A DNA stretch of 64,000 bases, taken from contig NC_043005.1 in the NCBI RefSeq assembly GCF_006345805.1, forward strand, positions 26,846,001 to 26,910,000. Reading direction: 5' to 3'. Below the pieces are notes generated by a model. The model had not been told where the DNA came from, made no database searches, and saw only the letters and a program-made list of their open reading frames with translations. Made by a program: the position numbers and the translations under genes. The DNA comes from Octopus sinensis (Eukaryota). Below are positions 11,952 through 24,589 of the stretch, in pieces (within the stretch, counting starts at the first letter, position 1; each line of letters starts with the position of its first letter).

Positions 11952-12330
11952 CTAGCAATATAGCCCGGCGTTGCTCGGGTTTGTTTTCTTTTCGACCCTG
12001 TAGAATTGGAATTTTTGAAAAGTAAAAATTTTGCATTATGTAGTTTGTTATTTTCTTTAAGTGAACATTTTTCTGGTTGAAATACACCAAAAAATGGCGA
12101 CACAGCACTCAAAAAATCGTAACAAATAGGGATTTTCATAGAAAAAAAACACCTTCTTGATTTAAATAATTTTTGGTCTTAACATAATCCAATTTGAATT
12201 TTTTCTTCTACGAAATGAAGAGCAAGCCTTCTTCTATCATACTCTCAATTTTAGTCAACTTGCGCCGCAGGGTCTCGGAGGAGATAGTGTTAGTTGAAGG
12301 CTACCAAACATGCCACCACACACGCATGCA
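11952..12330 (-). mobile_element. Helitron-like element, 3' end on the minus strand (5' extent uncertain, may reach about 13200)
   Basis: The reverse complement ends CCCGAGCAACGCCGGG-ctatattg-CTAG|T, nearly identical to the terminus at 11029-11057. Confidence 0.6.
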
Positions 12331-13448
12331 TGCACCACGCTCGTGGTACCGACTAGATCTCCTGTTCGTATCTGGGGCCGGCGCGTGTCTTTGGGTTCTC
12401 CCACGCCTGTCGCTGCGGGACCACTCTTCCATTTTCCCCCCTCTTCCCCCCTCCGCTGCAGTTTTTTTTCCTTAAACCCCCCTCTTTTTGTACACACACG
12501 CACACACATACACACACCCACTCACACACATTTGCATATATATATACATTACACTTACACACACTTCAAATTTACTTGCCATACACACAACTACGCACAC
12601 TGGACACACACACACTACCACTCAACACACACACTGGCACGTTACATACGCCCCCACCCTTTCCCTCCTTCCCTTCCTCCCTCCTTCCTCCTTTTTTTAC
12701 CCCTGACCACTCACTTGAGACTTGCTATGTCATCTGTTCGCCCTGCACGCACTAACATATACATATATTTTTTGTTTTTTATCTCGCCTCACACACACAT
12801 ACAGACACGCACACGCACACACTCACACATACATACACACGCACACACACATACCTCCCTGTTTCTGATCTGCCTTTCTGACTTGCTAGGGTACCCCCAC
12901 ATCACTCCTTTAATTCTACTACTGCCTGCTACTAGCCATTGTCCACCATATACACACATACACACACACGCACACACTCACACACACACCCTTGTCATCT
13001 CGCACACCTTTTTTACCATTCCCTCTTTGATTCAGCTCTCCTGTTTTTAAAAAACATTTTCCTCCTTTTTTACCACTTCCGTATTTTTAGTATGTGACCT
13101 CGTGAAGACTACCTGCAATTTTTTTTCCTCTGTCCTCCCATCTCGGGATCTTCCAACACAATATCTCAGATTAGGTCACTTGCTATGCAAGTACATCTCT
13201 ACAAAAAATATAAAATTATTTTATAGTTTATTACTGTTTATATTTTGAATAACAAACATACAGAAGCACTAAAATCTTTTAAGTGCGTAGGGCTTCTATG
13301 GGTCTTAACACATTAAGTCCCAGAGTACTTAAATTACTGAATATTACTCTGAATATTACAGAGTACTTAAATTACTGAATTTTTACAGATGATTGAAAAT
13401 AGGTTAAAATAAAAAAAAATAATTATTAAAATTCCTTTACTTCAAATA

Positions 13449-13710
13449 TTCATACCAATAATAATTGGAGCACTAGGTTTTGTCAGTAAATGCTTAAAGG
13501 AGAATCTTGATAAAGTGGGATTTTCAGAAAGAGAAATCGACCGGCTGATTTGTACATTACAAGTGCAATCTATGACCGGAAGAGTAAAAATATGCAAAAC
13601 TTTTCTCAAGTTCCCAATGTGAATTTCTCAGTGTTAACTACATCTCAAAGATGGACCCTTGTATCTTTGTTGGAAACTGGCTTCCTCCTCAATGGAAGAG
13701 TTATAATAAT
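13449..13710 (+). mobile_element. R4/Dong-type non-LTR retrotransposon 3' fragment (end of the restriction-like endonuclease region plus 3' UTR)
   Basis: 13449-13622 translates FIPIIIGALGFVSKCLKENLDKVGFSEREIDRLICTLQVQSMTGRVKICKTFLKFPM*. This matches the PxxxGALG...LQ...G...I...L C-terminus of RLE-type elements, and the UTR ends in TATAATAAT. Confidence 0.7.
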
Positions 13711-14399
13711 TAAAAAATAGAAGAGGCATTCATACATACATACAAAAATACCCTGCTGTTGATGTTGAAATTCCAGTAAAGGAATCTTGGATCTAGGTTA
13801 GAAACCGGTTCTTTCTCCATTGGCAAGAAATCTTGAAACAAAACTGAACAATGAAATACATATATGCGCACAAGTACACATGCATGCAAACATACATACA
13901 TAGCTACGAATATATATATATATATACGCACATACATACATATGTAAACATGCTTACATAGATATGTACACACATATACATGAGTGTAGTGTACATCGTC
14001 TATGTGTGTGTGTGCGCGCGCGCGTGTGCGTATGTGCGCGTGTGTGTGTGTTTGAGTGTATGTGTGCGTGCGTGCGCGTGTGGTGTGCATGTTCATTTGA
14101 TGTAAGTAGGAAATCATTTGTATATAACTAATTTCCTTCGCCATAACATTAATCGATTTCTTATCAACTTCATGGTCTGAAGCAAGGAAGACAATTTAAG
14201 AAGTCGCTCCACATACACGGCTGAATGTATACTGATATGTGCGCGCATGTACGTGTGCGTATGTGCATACACGTATATGCATATGCATGTATAAGTAAAT
14301 ATATGTGTATGCAAAGAAATACACATACATTTACACACACACACACATGTATATATGTATGTGCATATAATTATTTAGATATATTTCTACACACACACA

Positions 14400-16191
14400 C
14401 AGACCTCAAGCTATGGAGAGACAAGGCTGGCGCGTTGGTGTTCCGGCAAGGGAACGAGATCCCCGAACTGGGCACCAGCATGAGTAGACGGGAACTGTTC
14501 TCGGTGTGTAGGAAGCTGGTGGGACACTACCCGATTTCAGGATGGCTCCGGACAGCATGTAGCTTCATCAGGAGACGAGCCAAAGGAGTGAAGTGGAACG
14601 ATAGAGTGGGGGAGTAGACAACCGACATGATGCAGGAAGTCTTGGTCAGAGTGAGAGCAGAGGATCCAATGAGGGGCAGTTGGTATGTTCCCAAATCAAA
14701 GAGCGGGATTGTATGGTGTGCCGCCAGTAGCATTGCAATAGGGGTGTTCTTGGAAGTGGGAAGCGTCGTGATGAAAAATGCAGCCTGGCTTAGGAAGACG
14801 GATGACTGCAATCATATCAATGTTGTGGAGTTGGATGCCGTGTTGAAGGGAGTGAACCTAGTCTTGAAGTGGGGGCTGCATACCATAGAAATCAGGACTG
14901 ATTCGGCCACTGTACTTAGTTGGGTGACAGCAGTCATCACCAATGAGCGGAGGATTCGAACCAAAGGGGCTGCAGAGATGTTGGTAAAGCGTTGATTGGG
15001 GATACTGCGTGAACTAACCACTGAGTTCGATCTGAAGCTGAGCGTGATCTTTGTGCATTCTGAGAAGAACAGGACAGACGCCCTAACCAGGGTAAAGCGA
15101 GCCTGGTTGTAGGTGCCAGAGGATGCGGAGCAGGGTGGGCTGCAGTATGCCGTCTGAGTGATTCGGAGTTGAGGAGATTGCATGCCATGCATCACATGGG
15201 GGTGAACAGGACGTTGTTCCTAGCCAGGAAAGTGGACTCCGATGTAACAAGACGGAGCGTACAGAGAGTGGTTAGCAGCTGTGACAGGTGCCAGTCCATC
15301 GACCCTGCTCCGGGCGTACATGAGGCGAGAAGTATTCCAGTGGACCACGACTGGAAACGACTGGCGGTGGACTTAATACACTACCGGCAGGGGACATACC
15401 TCTCAATGGTTGACTACAGACCGGGGCGGTTGGCCATATGGAGGGAGACGAAGACGGGGACCGCAGAGGAAATCATGAAAGTATTAAATGAGATATTCCT
15501 GGAACGAGGCCCCGTGGATGGACTGCTTCTGGATAATGGCACTGCATTTCGCTCGCAGGTTTTGAAAGAAATGCTTGATGGGTGGCAGGTCAACCGCTTT
15601 TTCAGGGCGGTATGCTGGCCAAGTGGAAATAGGGTGGTGGAAAAGCATCATCGTACCATCAAGACCATGGCAGAGAGGGACTACATTTCACCAATCGAGG
15701 CCGCATTTTAGTACAATATGTCGTCCAGATCAGGACAGGCTGAGGAGTCGGTGTCACACAGGGCAATATTCAGGTACAAGTGGAGGCATCCGTGTACTGC
15801 ATCAATGCGACCCGGGACAGAGGAAGAGTACACCTTCGTGCAGGTCGGGGAAGAAGTTTGGGTAAAACCTCCAAACGCACGGTGTACATCACGATGAGGA
15901 AAGGGAACAATAACCTCCATCAATTCGAAGAACAACGTCTCTGTCGATGGTATGCCACGCCACGTTTTGGATGTATGGAAGATTGTCCATGCCTCAGAGG
16001 ATGGAACCAGCAGCAGTGGGCAAGAAGATGAAGACAGCAACAGTAGGCAAGAAGATGAAGACAGCATCAGTAGACAAGATGATGAAGCCAGCAGCAGCAT
16101 ACCAGGAACTCAATCCAGTCCCGGGGTCGCACGGCGACCACAGAGGGAGCGGCACCCTCCTCTATGGCTGGCTGATTATGAATCCAGTTAA
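14400..16191 (+). pseudogene. Ty3/Gypsy pol remnant: RT end, RNase H and HHCC-DDE integrase, with several stops and a frameshift
   Basis: RNase H motifs WC(A)ASS, HINVVELDAV, TDSATV and N-R-(T)DALTR. Integrase zinc finger H-x3-H...C-x2-C (HAMHH...CDRC) and core VD...LDNG...VE. C-terminus RRPQRERHPPLWLADY. RH-then-IN order is that of Gypsy. Confidence 0.9.
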
Positions 16192-16257
16192 GGTGTGAGT
16201 TCGGGAGCGAGGAGTGAGTGGGAAAACCGGTTGAATCATCTGTAGATGACGGGGGCG

Positions 16258-16592
16258 TGTGGTATTTGTGGTGTTATGGGCTGTGATGAGCTTTGTGGTG
16301 TTGGTGGAGAGGATTGCAGATGAGGTAGACGGAAGTGAAGACTGCAGGGGCCGGCAGAACACCCACGGGGCATGCGTGGGTCCGAAGTACGTGCGGGCAG
16401 TTCGATGAGAGACGGCAGCATGCAAGGACGTGTTTACTTCTTGAGAGTGATTTACTCATCCCGCCTAGGTCAACAGGTAAGGTCTCTCTATTTTTTTCTC
16501 CCGTTTGCTTTTTTTCCTGTTGTCTTTTTCCTCCATCACACCACAGTCAGAGTAACCTGCACACCCAGCAATATTAATAAGCGCCGACCACA
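16258..16592 (+). mobile_element. 3' LTR (335 bp) of the Gypsy element
   Basis: A purine-rich tract GATGACGGGGGCG lies immediately upstream. The LTR is bounded by inverted TGTGG...CCACA and has an AATAA-type signal near its end. Confidence 0.8.
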
Positions 16593-17511
16593 TGATGTTC
16601 TGGCAGATAATAAGACGCAGCTGAGTGAAGAAATCTTGTTTTAGTTATTCAAATATTATATTAAAAATATTGTCTATAATATTTACGAAGCGCAGATTCC
16701 AGGATAGGTGAATAAAATATGATTAACAAAGAGGTAGAGGTGTACCTCACTTATATACTTACAATCCTACTTACCTAACTACATGCATATATGCATATAT
16801 TCATAATTACCATGACGGTGGTGGGGGATTAGATATTCACTCGTATTATGAAAGAATACTAGCGGAATCGTTTCGCCAAAACTTATGTAAACGTTAAGTA
16901 CTCCGTGCCAGATATAATGATCAGAGACCAGAGAAAGTGTGCAATTTAGCAGAAATCAGTTGTCTATAATCAGACATTAATAAAATGTTCTAGATCATGA
17001 GAACTGATGAGAAATGTCAAGCTAATGAGAATTCTGCAGATGTTACACCCCGATTATAATATTAGATATATACCTACTATAATTAATGGAATCCTTGTAT
17101 ATTTAATTAACTGCATCAGCACCAATCTCAAATGAGGCTTCACAATGCCATATAAGTCACGGTTAATTAGGAAATTATTTTATGTGTCATTAATGAAACT
17201 GTGAAAATAGAATAGTCTTCTCTTGTATTAGCTCCCTAAATCTAGAGACACTGAAACGCAGCTGTAGCTACACTTCAAGAAGTCAAGGTGTACAAATTCA
17301 CACGTTTAATAATATGAAGGAAAACAGAAACGCACCTTTATGTGCAAACACAATCATACTCCTGCGCACGCCGGTTGATACACACATACTCACATACATG
17401 GCTCCCTGCCTACATACCTACCTATCTGCACACGCATATATAAACATACATGCATACATACACACATATACGCAGACACACATACATACATATATTGTGT
17501 GATTGTGTGTG

Positions 17512-17553
<42 letters not shown>

Positions 17554-17830
17554 GTGTGTATTAAAAAGGATATTCCGTTCGAAACGTAGCAGAGTACACA
17601 ATAGAGCTCGTTTACCCTTACAATTACCAAATAGCCGGTAGCATTACAATATACTTACAAGCAACATCACCTGAAGAAATACAACTGGATCCCATTCTAC
17701 AGGTAAACCTTTGCATAAGCAAACTCCTGTATATATAAAGAACTATGTTGTATGGAAACGTGTGTAGTGATTAAAAACTAACTGGCCAACAGTACACCTT
17801 GTTGTTGACTATACATATATATATATATAT

Positions 17831-17867
<37 letters not shown>

Positions 17868-17903
17868 CGTGTGTGTGAGTCTCTGTGTGTGTATGTATGT
17901 ATG

Positions 17904-17938
<35 letters not shown>

Positions 17939-17954
17939 TCATATTCACTCCATG

Positions 17955-18105
17955 TTTCTTTCTGTGTTACTTTCTGTGGAAGAGCATAGGCTCGAAACGT
18001 TAAAGACTTTTTCACTTCCCGAGCGTTATACTAATACATCTATTTGTTGCCTACACCACCTGTCTTCGTCTTTTGTTATTTTTGTTTTGTTTTTTGTGAA
18101 TTCTC
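17955..18105 (+). mobile_element. Penelope-tail-like repeat with a hammerhead-like motif
   Basis: CTTT-CTGTGGAA-GAGC-atag-GCTC-GAAACGTT-AAAG at 17970-18005. Homologous to 5355-5500. Confidence 0.55.
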
Positions 18106-20917
18106 TGTATTCCCAAAGTTCAGTGAACTATTTACACTGGCCATACGTGACTCCCCTGATGTGATAGCTATCACCGAGACTTGACTGACTCCAGCAGTAA
18201 AGGACTCAGAAATCCACCTGCAGGGCTACGTCCTTTTCAGATGTGACAGAGGAAAAAGGCGAGGTGGAGGTGTTGCTGTGTATGTTAAGTCTGAGCACAA
18301 ACCGTCCAGCGGTATTCTACCCACTAATGCTCAACCTACAACAAAATTCGATGCCGTCTATTGCAAGCTGAGCCTATCTGAGTTTTGCCTGCCCGTGTTG
18401 GCTGTCTACAGGCCGCCTCTTGCCGACCCCCAGGACGATGCTCATTTACTCGAAGCGATAAGATTCATTTCAGCTTCGCATGACTGTTTGGTACTAGGTG
18501 ACTTCAATGCTCCCACGATCGATTGGCCCGCATTAATTTGTACAACATCTTCCCGTTTCGGCCAGGCCCTTCTTGACGTGGCTGAAGATTGTTTTCTATC
18601 GCAACATGTTGAATATCCGACAAGGCATCGGTCTGTGCAGCAGCCATCTATGCTAGATCTGGTATTCTCCCGCTATCCAAGATCAGTGTCAGACGTATCT
18701 GTGTGCGCCCCTCTTGCCAAGAGTGATCATGCGGTCCTGAAGTTCGTCATGCACACAACTTTTTCTACGCCCACGACTACTTCGCTGCCACGTAGAGTCT
18801 TCTCTGCAATTAATCTTGAAATTCTAACCGAGGCTTCCGCGCTTCTGGACTGGCGATCCCTGATGACGTTGTCCTCTGTTGACGAACTATGGTCATCCCT
18901 CAAAGCATATGTAATCTGTTTGACTGACCAGGCAGTTCCCGTTGGGCTTTCCAAGAAGAAGAAACACAAGCCCTGGGTGACGAAGAAGGTTAAACGAGAA
19001 CGTCGACTCAGAGATATTGCTTGGGCTGAATTCAAAAATCTGGATTCGACTGCAGCTTTTGAGGTGTACAAAACTCAACGAGACCGAGCCGTGAAAATTG
19101 AAAAGAAAGAACGCTTCAGTTATGAATACAAAATCGCGGCAAATGCCAGTAGCAATCCAAAAACCTTCTTTGCCCATGTCCAGCGGAATTCCCGCTTAAA
19201 CAACCAGATTGCAACGTTGGTAGACTCAACAGGCGTATCGATTGAGGACCCTTATCAACAGAGCCAATTATTTGCCGAGGCTTTTTCAACTATTTTCAAA
19301 CAAGATGATGGTCGTGAACCCCCTCCATTTGATAGATCGGTACCTCCAATGCTTCGATTGGTCATCACGCGGGACGAAGTCAAACGTGTTATTCAAGGCC
19401 TCGATATCAACAAGGGTCACGGCCCTGACGGCATACACCCACGGGTTATCAAAGCGTTGGCTCCGGTCATCTGCGAGCCCTTAACACGACTATTCAATAT
19501 GTCATTGGCGACGGGTGTTATACCTGCAGACTGGAGAACAGCGATAATCTGCCCAATTTTCAAGAAAGGGAGCCGCGAAGACTACATCAATAATCAGCAA
19601 GATGTTCGAAACCATCCTTAAGAAAAGTATGATGCTCCACCTCCTAAACACAGCCTCTATCTCTGATTCCCAACACGGCTTCGTGCCGAAGAGATCATGC
19701 TTGACCAACTTACTAGTAATGGAAGAATTGGTGACGCGCATCCTCGATGATAGTGATGCTGTTGACATCGTTTTATTGTACTTTGCCAAAGCTTTTGACT
19801 CGGTAAACCACCGCCTATTACTTGTCAAGCTTCAAGCATATAGTTTCCATCCGGATATTATACGATGGGTTGGTGCCTTCCTCTCAGATCGCTCCTTCCA
19901 AGTCCAAGTTAATGGTTCGCGGTCCGACGTCTCCAGTGCGAGCAGTGGCGTGCCTCAAGGTTCAGTGCTTGGGCCCTTGTTGTTCTTAGTCTTCATAAAT
20001 GACTTGCCCGACGACCTCACGCAACACACCCTTCTATTTGCCAACGATATCAAACTGGTCGCTCCTCGCGGTAATATAGAGGATCTTCATCGATGCCTCC
20101 ACCAAATTTGGAAGTGGTCTAACGATTGGGACCTGTGTCTGAACGTGTCAAAGTGCTGTCATCTGCCTGTCGGCTCTACTCCTGCAACTCAACTTGATTT
20201 CGAGCCGGGTCGTCTGCTGCTGGAGAGGACCGATCAGGTAAAGGACCTGGGTATCTTGGTGGATTCCTCCTTTTCGCCTTCGGCCCAGTGCGTCCATGCT
20301 GCCAACAAAGCACGCAGAATTCTGTTCTTGATTCGACGGTCATTCGGAATGCTCACAGCAGCCATATTCCTACCACTCTATGTCACGCTGGTGAGACCCA
20401 TATTGGAGTATGGGATTCAAGCCTCTTCTCCTTATCTCCTCAAAGACATACAGCATCTCGAAAGAGTCCAGAAGCTGGCTACCCGCATGGTTCATGGTCT
20501 CAAAAATTTGTCCTACGAAGAGAGGCTGAGGACGCTCGACCTTTATTCTCTTGAAAAACGCCGCCGCCGTGGTGATCTCATTCTCGCCCACAACATCATA
20601 AGCGGAAAGTGTAACCTCTCGAAAGAGCTGTTCTTCACTCCTGCTCCAGAGCGTCGACTGCGGGGTCATTCCGAAAAGCTCTACCTGCGACGATTTCATC
20701 TTAATCGAAGGAGAGGAGCTTTCTCCGTCCGGGTTGCGGATCCGTGGAACAAGCTGCCAGACGAGATGGTGAAGATGCCGACGACCGCTTTGTTCAAAGC
20801 CTCCCTTGACCTCAAGTGGCCTGAACTCTTTACATGAACACCACCCTGTACTTAACTCCATGTCCCCCTACATGGCCTTGCTATTTGCTTTTGAGCCAAA
20901 TTAACTAACTAACTAAC
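18105..20917 (+). mobile_element. CR1-type LINE: 5'-truncated, near-intact ORF2 (APE endonuclease + RT) with 3' UTR and (AACT)n tail
   Basis: APE motifs PDVIAITET*L, GDFN, LDLVF and SDH. RT motifs QHGF, AKAFD, GVPQGSVLGP and LFA(N)D. C-terminus SLEKRRRRGDLI...WNKLP. Lesions are TGA at 18182 and a short deletion with frameshift at about 19582 that removes NYRPVS. Confidence 0.92.
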
Positions 20918-21099
20918 ATATATATATATATATATACAAAATTATTATAATTATAAACATAATTATCTTATGGTAGTAGAATAGTATTTAACTGCTATTT
21001 CTAAATTTCGGTATGTGGTGAAGCAATTTTGCTAAACCCTAATTATAATTATGTTTGTAATTATAATAATTTTTGTATAAGTTTACCGATAATGGTTCT

Positions 21100-22590
21100 T
21101 TTAACATACCGAACTACCTGGTAAGATTATTAATTTTAAATTGATTAACTAATTTTACCCTTTATTATTATGTATATAGATATATATAACAAACGAAGGA
21201 AAAATCGATTCCTTCAAAGGGTTTGCAAGATATCCAATTCACTGGTACGGCAGTTGAATACCACAGAAACAGGGGTATAAATACAAATTACAAATGATAA
21301 ATTAAATAAAGAAATATAATTGCTAATCTAACAATTTATTACATTATAATATAATATAATATAATATAATATTGTAACATTAGTTTTAAAGAAATTAAAG
21401 TAATTCTGGAAGCTAGGAAGTCTATTATTTTATTTGATAACAAATACTGGGCCAGAAAAATACTAATGATTATTTTGACATTACCATGGGATCTGCGAAT
21501 TCTGCACAGGTTACTGATTTTGTAGGTATATACATCTTATATCATTTCCATAACGAATTTCCAGATATTAAAAGTGGACTCTATAAAGATGTTGCGCTGT
21601 TTTATTAATAGTCTGTCAAAGAGAAAATTGAACCTATATATGAAAAAATTCCATCGTTTTTTAAAAAGATTTTGTTTATCTATTTCTATTGAATGTGTTG
21701 ATCGAATAGTGGAGATGTGTGTAATTTGATTGCAAGTAGTAAATATAATATAAATAGAATTAATATTTAAAAGAGTAACAATAGCAATGAGAAAGATAAG
21801 GTAAATAATAAATTAGCCATTACTGAATATAAGGATAACCTATTTCCTCGAGGATGTAATAATAGGCTTACATTTATAGATAAAAAGTATACCCCATATG
21901 CCAATCCGGATACATTCAATGCTGTTAATTCCAATAATAATAATTATATTTGGTTTATTATTCCTTATGAAACACAAATAAAAACTAATTTGGTTATGTT
22001 TTTTTACAGATCTATATCAAAGCATTTTAATAAAGAACATAAATATAATTAATAGCAAAAGGATCAAAATAGGTTTTTCAGTATCTAAAAATTTCTTTCG
22101 AATGATTAGTTAGACAGTTTTTACAATATTAGAAATAATCCTATTACCGAGAATGATCTAGCTAGAACTTGTGATTATAGATATAAGGATACGTATTATT
22201 TTAATAATTTTTGTTTTACAAAATAACATTGTATATAGATGTAGGGTTAAATCGGAAAGGAAAAATTAATTTTACATAGGGTCAACGGAAAATTTTACTA
22301 AAAAACGAATCGCAAGACATGAGTATACTTTTAGGAATAAGGCTAGGTTTAACAGTACTAGTTTAAGTAAACTCATTTGGAGATTAAAGGATAGTAGGAA
22401 ATTATACAACATTGATTGGAAAATACTTAGTCATACTAGGTTGTATAAAATTAATGATGCTAGATGTAACCTATGTGTTGATGAATTATATCAAACTTTA
22501 ACATCTAAGAAGAAATTACTTAATGAAAGGCGTGAGCACGTTCCATATTATACATACTATTCTAAATATGTGTTTAGAAAATTTTATTAA
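21100..22590 (+). mobile_element. Decayed Penelope-like element (RT + GIY-YIG)
   Basis: 21471 onward reads YFDITMGSANSAQVTDFVGIYIL...GLYKD (Penelope RT motifs). 22222 onward reads NNIVYRC...FYIGSTE...RH...NSTSLSKLIW...W.I...CNLC..E...LLNER (GIY-YIG with a CxxC extension). Confidence 0.85.
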
Positions 22591-22618
22591 GTGTGTATAT
22601 TATGTACATGTATGTATC

Positions 22619-22650
<32 letters not shown>

Positions 22651-22989
22651 TGTATGTATGTATGTATGTATGTATGTATGTATGTATGTATGTATGTATG
22701 TATTTATGTATGTATGTATTTATGTATGTAAGTATGTAAAGGTGTATATGTATGATTGTGTATATTTGTATATATGTATGCATGTATGTATGTATGTATG
22801 TATGTGTGTATACATGCATACATACATAAGAAGCATTGGTTATAGAAGAAACATTAAATTTGGGTCAACGACTTAATCTACAACATCACCTCTCAAACAT
22901 TTAATCAAATATAAAAAACACCATGGTTCCCAAAGACATAAAAATAATACATATACATAGAATCACAGAAGGTAAAAATGTATAATCGA

Positions 22990-23720
22990 ATAAAATATAA
23001 ATAGAACGGCCTATCAAAAAAGGATGAAGATAATTTAGATAAGTTTTATATAGGTAGTACAGTAAATTTTAAGGCTAGATATAGGGCGCACATGAGCTCG
23101 TTTTCAATTGAAAAATACTGTGGCTCTACCACACGACCTAAAGAGGAATAATAAGAGTTATTCTCTTTAATTGTCCGTTATTTCGAGAGCCCCTTACTTC
23201 AGAGTAAATATAAATAAGTGTAAGTTGTGTGTAAAAGAATCCCTTGCCATCCTTAAGTCTTTTGAGCCAAAAACTTTGAATAGATTTACTGAAGTAATCC
23301 CTTTTTGCAAGCATAAGTCTTCGTTCACCTTTTTGAAAGTGTATAGAAATAAAAGTAGATGTAATAAGATTGTTTAGCGTTACGGAGATTTGAAACTGGC
23401 GAGGTTGAATATAGCCACCTGAGTGTTTAGCAATATACGTTTTTGTTTTTAGAAAATTTGGACTGGTCGGCTGATGAGCTTTTCTTTTAAATTATATAAG
23501 CTTTTCATAAAAGTATGAGCCTTTTCATAAGCTTTTCATAATAAAAAAAATTGATCTCTGCGTATTCCATTGAAAGGACCAATGAAACAAATCCATTTTT
23601 AAAGTTGCATCCTTTAACTAGCTTTGATCAAATTGTTATTTCTGTTCTATTTTAACAAAACTGTCCGAAGAACGGGAACGTGAAACTCTGAGTAACAGCT
23701 TTTGTTATATTTCTGCTGCT
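22990..23720 (+). mobile_element. Second Penelope-like 3' portion (GIY-YIG C-terminus + 3' terminal region)
   Basis: FYIGSTVNFKARYRAHMSSF at about 23045. ORF 23171-23377 contains CKLCVKE...LNRFTE...CKHK. The terminal region carries a hammerhead motif and AATAAA. Confidence 0.8.
23653..23707 (+). ncRNA. Type I hammerhead ribozyme, variant core (CCGAAGA)
   Basis: Stem I: TAACAAAA-CTGT / ACAG-c-TTTTGTTA (12 bp, one bulge). Core: CCGAAGA...GAA. Stem II: ACG-ggaa-CGT. Stem III: near-palindromic ACTC-t-GAGT. Predicted cleavage is after GUA (A23694). Folded by eye. Confidence 0.72.
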
Positions 23721-23835
23721 TTTAAATAAAGTATATATATATATATATGCGCGCGTGTGTGTGTGTGTGTGTGTGTGTGCGTGTATATATATATATATAT
23801 ATAATATATATATATATATTATATATATATATATC

Positions 23836-23867
<32 letters not shown>

Positions 23868-23871
23868 CGTG

Positions 23872-23928
<57 letters not shown>

Positions 23929-23960
23929 CGTGTATATATATATATATATATATGTGTGTG

Positions 23961-23994
<34 letters not shown>

Positions 23995-24447
23995 ATTTAT
24001 TTTGTACCCATGTTTATTTCATAATGGATAAAGTAATGAATGTATCAATAAATATACCTAAACGTATAATTTAATGATATTACTTAACGAAATTACATTG
24101 AGGCCAGATTGTTTATTTATTTATAACGGTGAACGATGTTCCTTATTCTAACTGAAATTTATTGCTTGAGGAAAATGGTTTAATTTTGATACTAAATAAT
24201 TTTTAAGTTTCTTGTATTGAGACTAAAGGTTTGTTATTTTAAATTGTATAACAATGTGGACATAGGAAAAAACATTTTCAGTGGATTAATTCATAATATT
24301 TCGTATTAAGTTCAAGTGAAGATATTTGTATTGACTGTGGGATGTGTCGTTATATTCGTAGTTAAATATTTATTATAAATCTGAAGTAAGCTATCTTCGT
24401 TATACTAAATGATTATACGTTTATAAATAAATTGAATTAATTTATAA

Positions 24448-24517
<70 letters not shown>

Positions 24518-24589
24518 GAATAATTTTATATAATGCCATATTGTGATCAAAAACGTTTATTTCCAAATACGCATTTCCGGTTTCTATTT

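Noticed and set aside
13385-13450. Idea that the R4/Dong pieces at 13.4 kb (+) and 52.5 kb (-) are halves of one element split by a 39-kb inversion
   Set aside because: The short overlapping part aligns poorly, so independent copies are the simpler explanation.
23468-23520. CTGATGAG as another hammerhead
   Set aside because: No GAAA follows the possible stem II.
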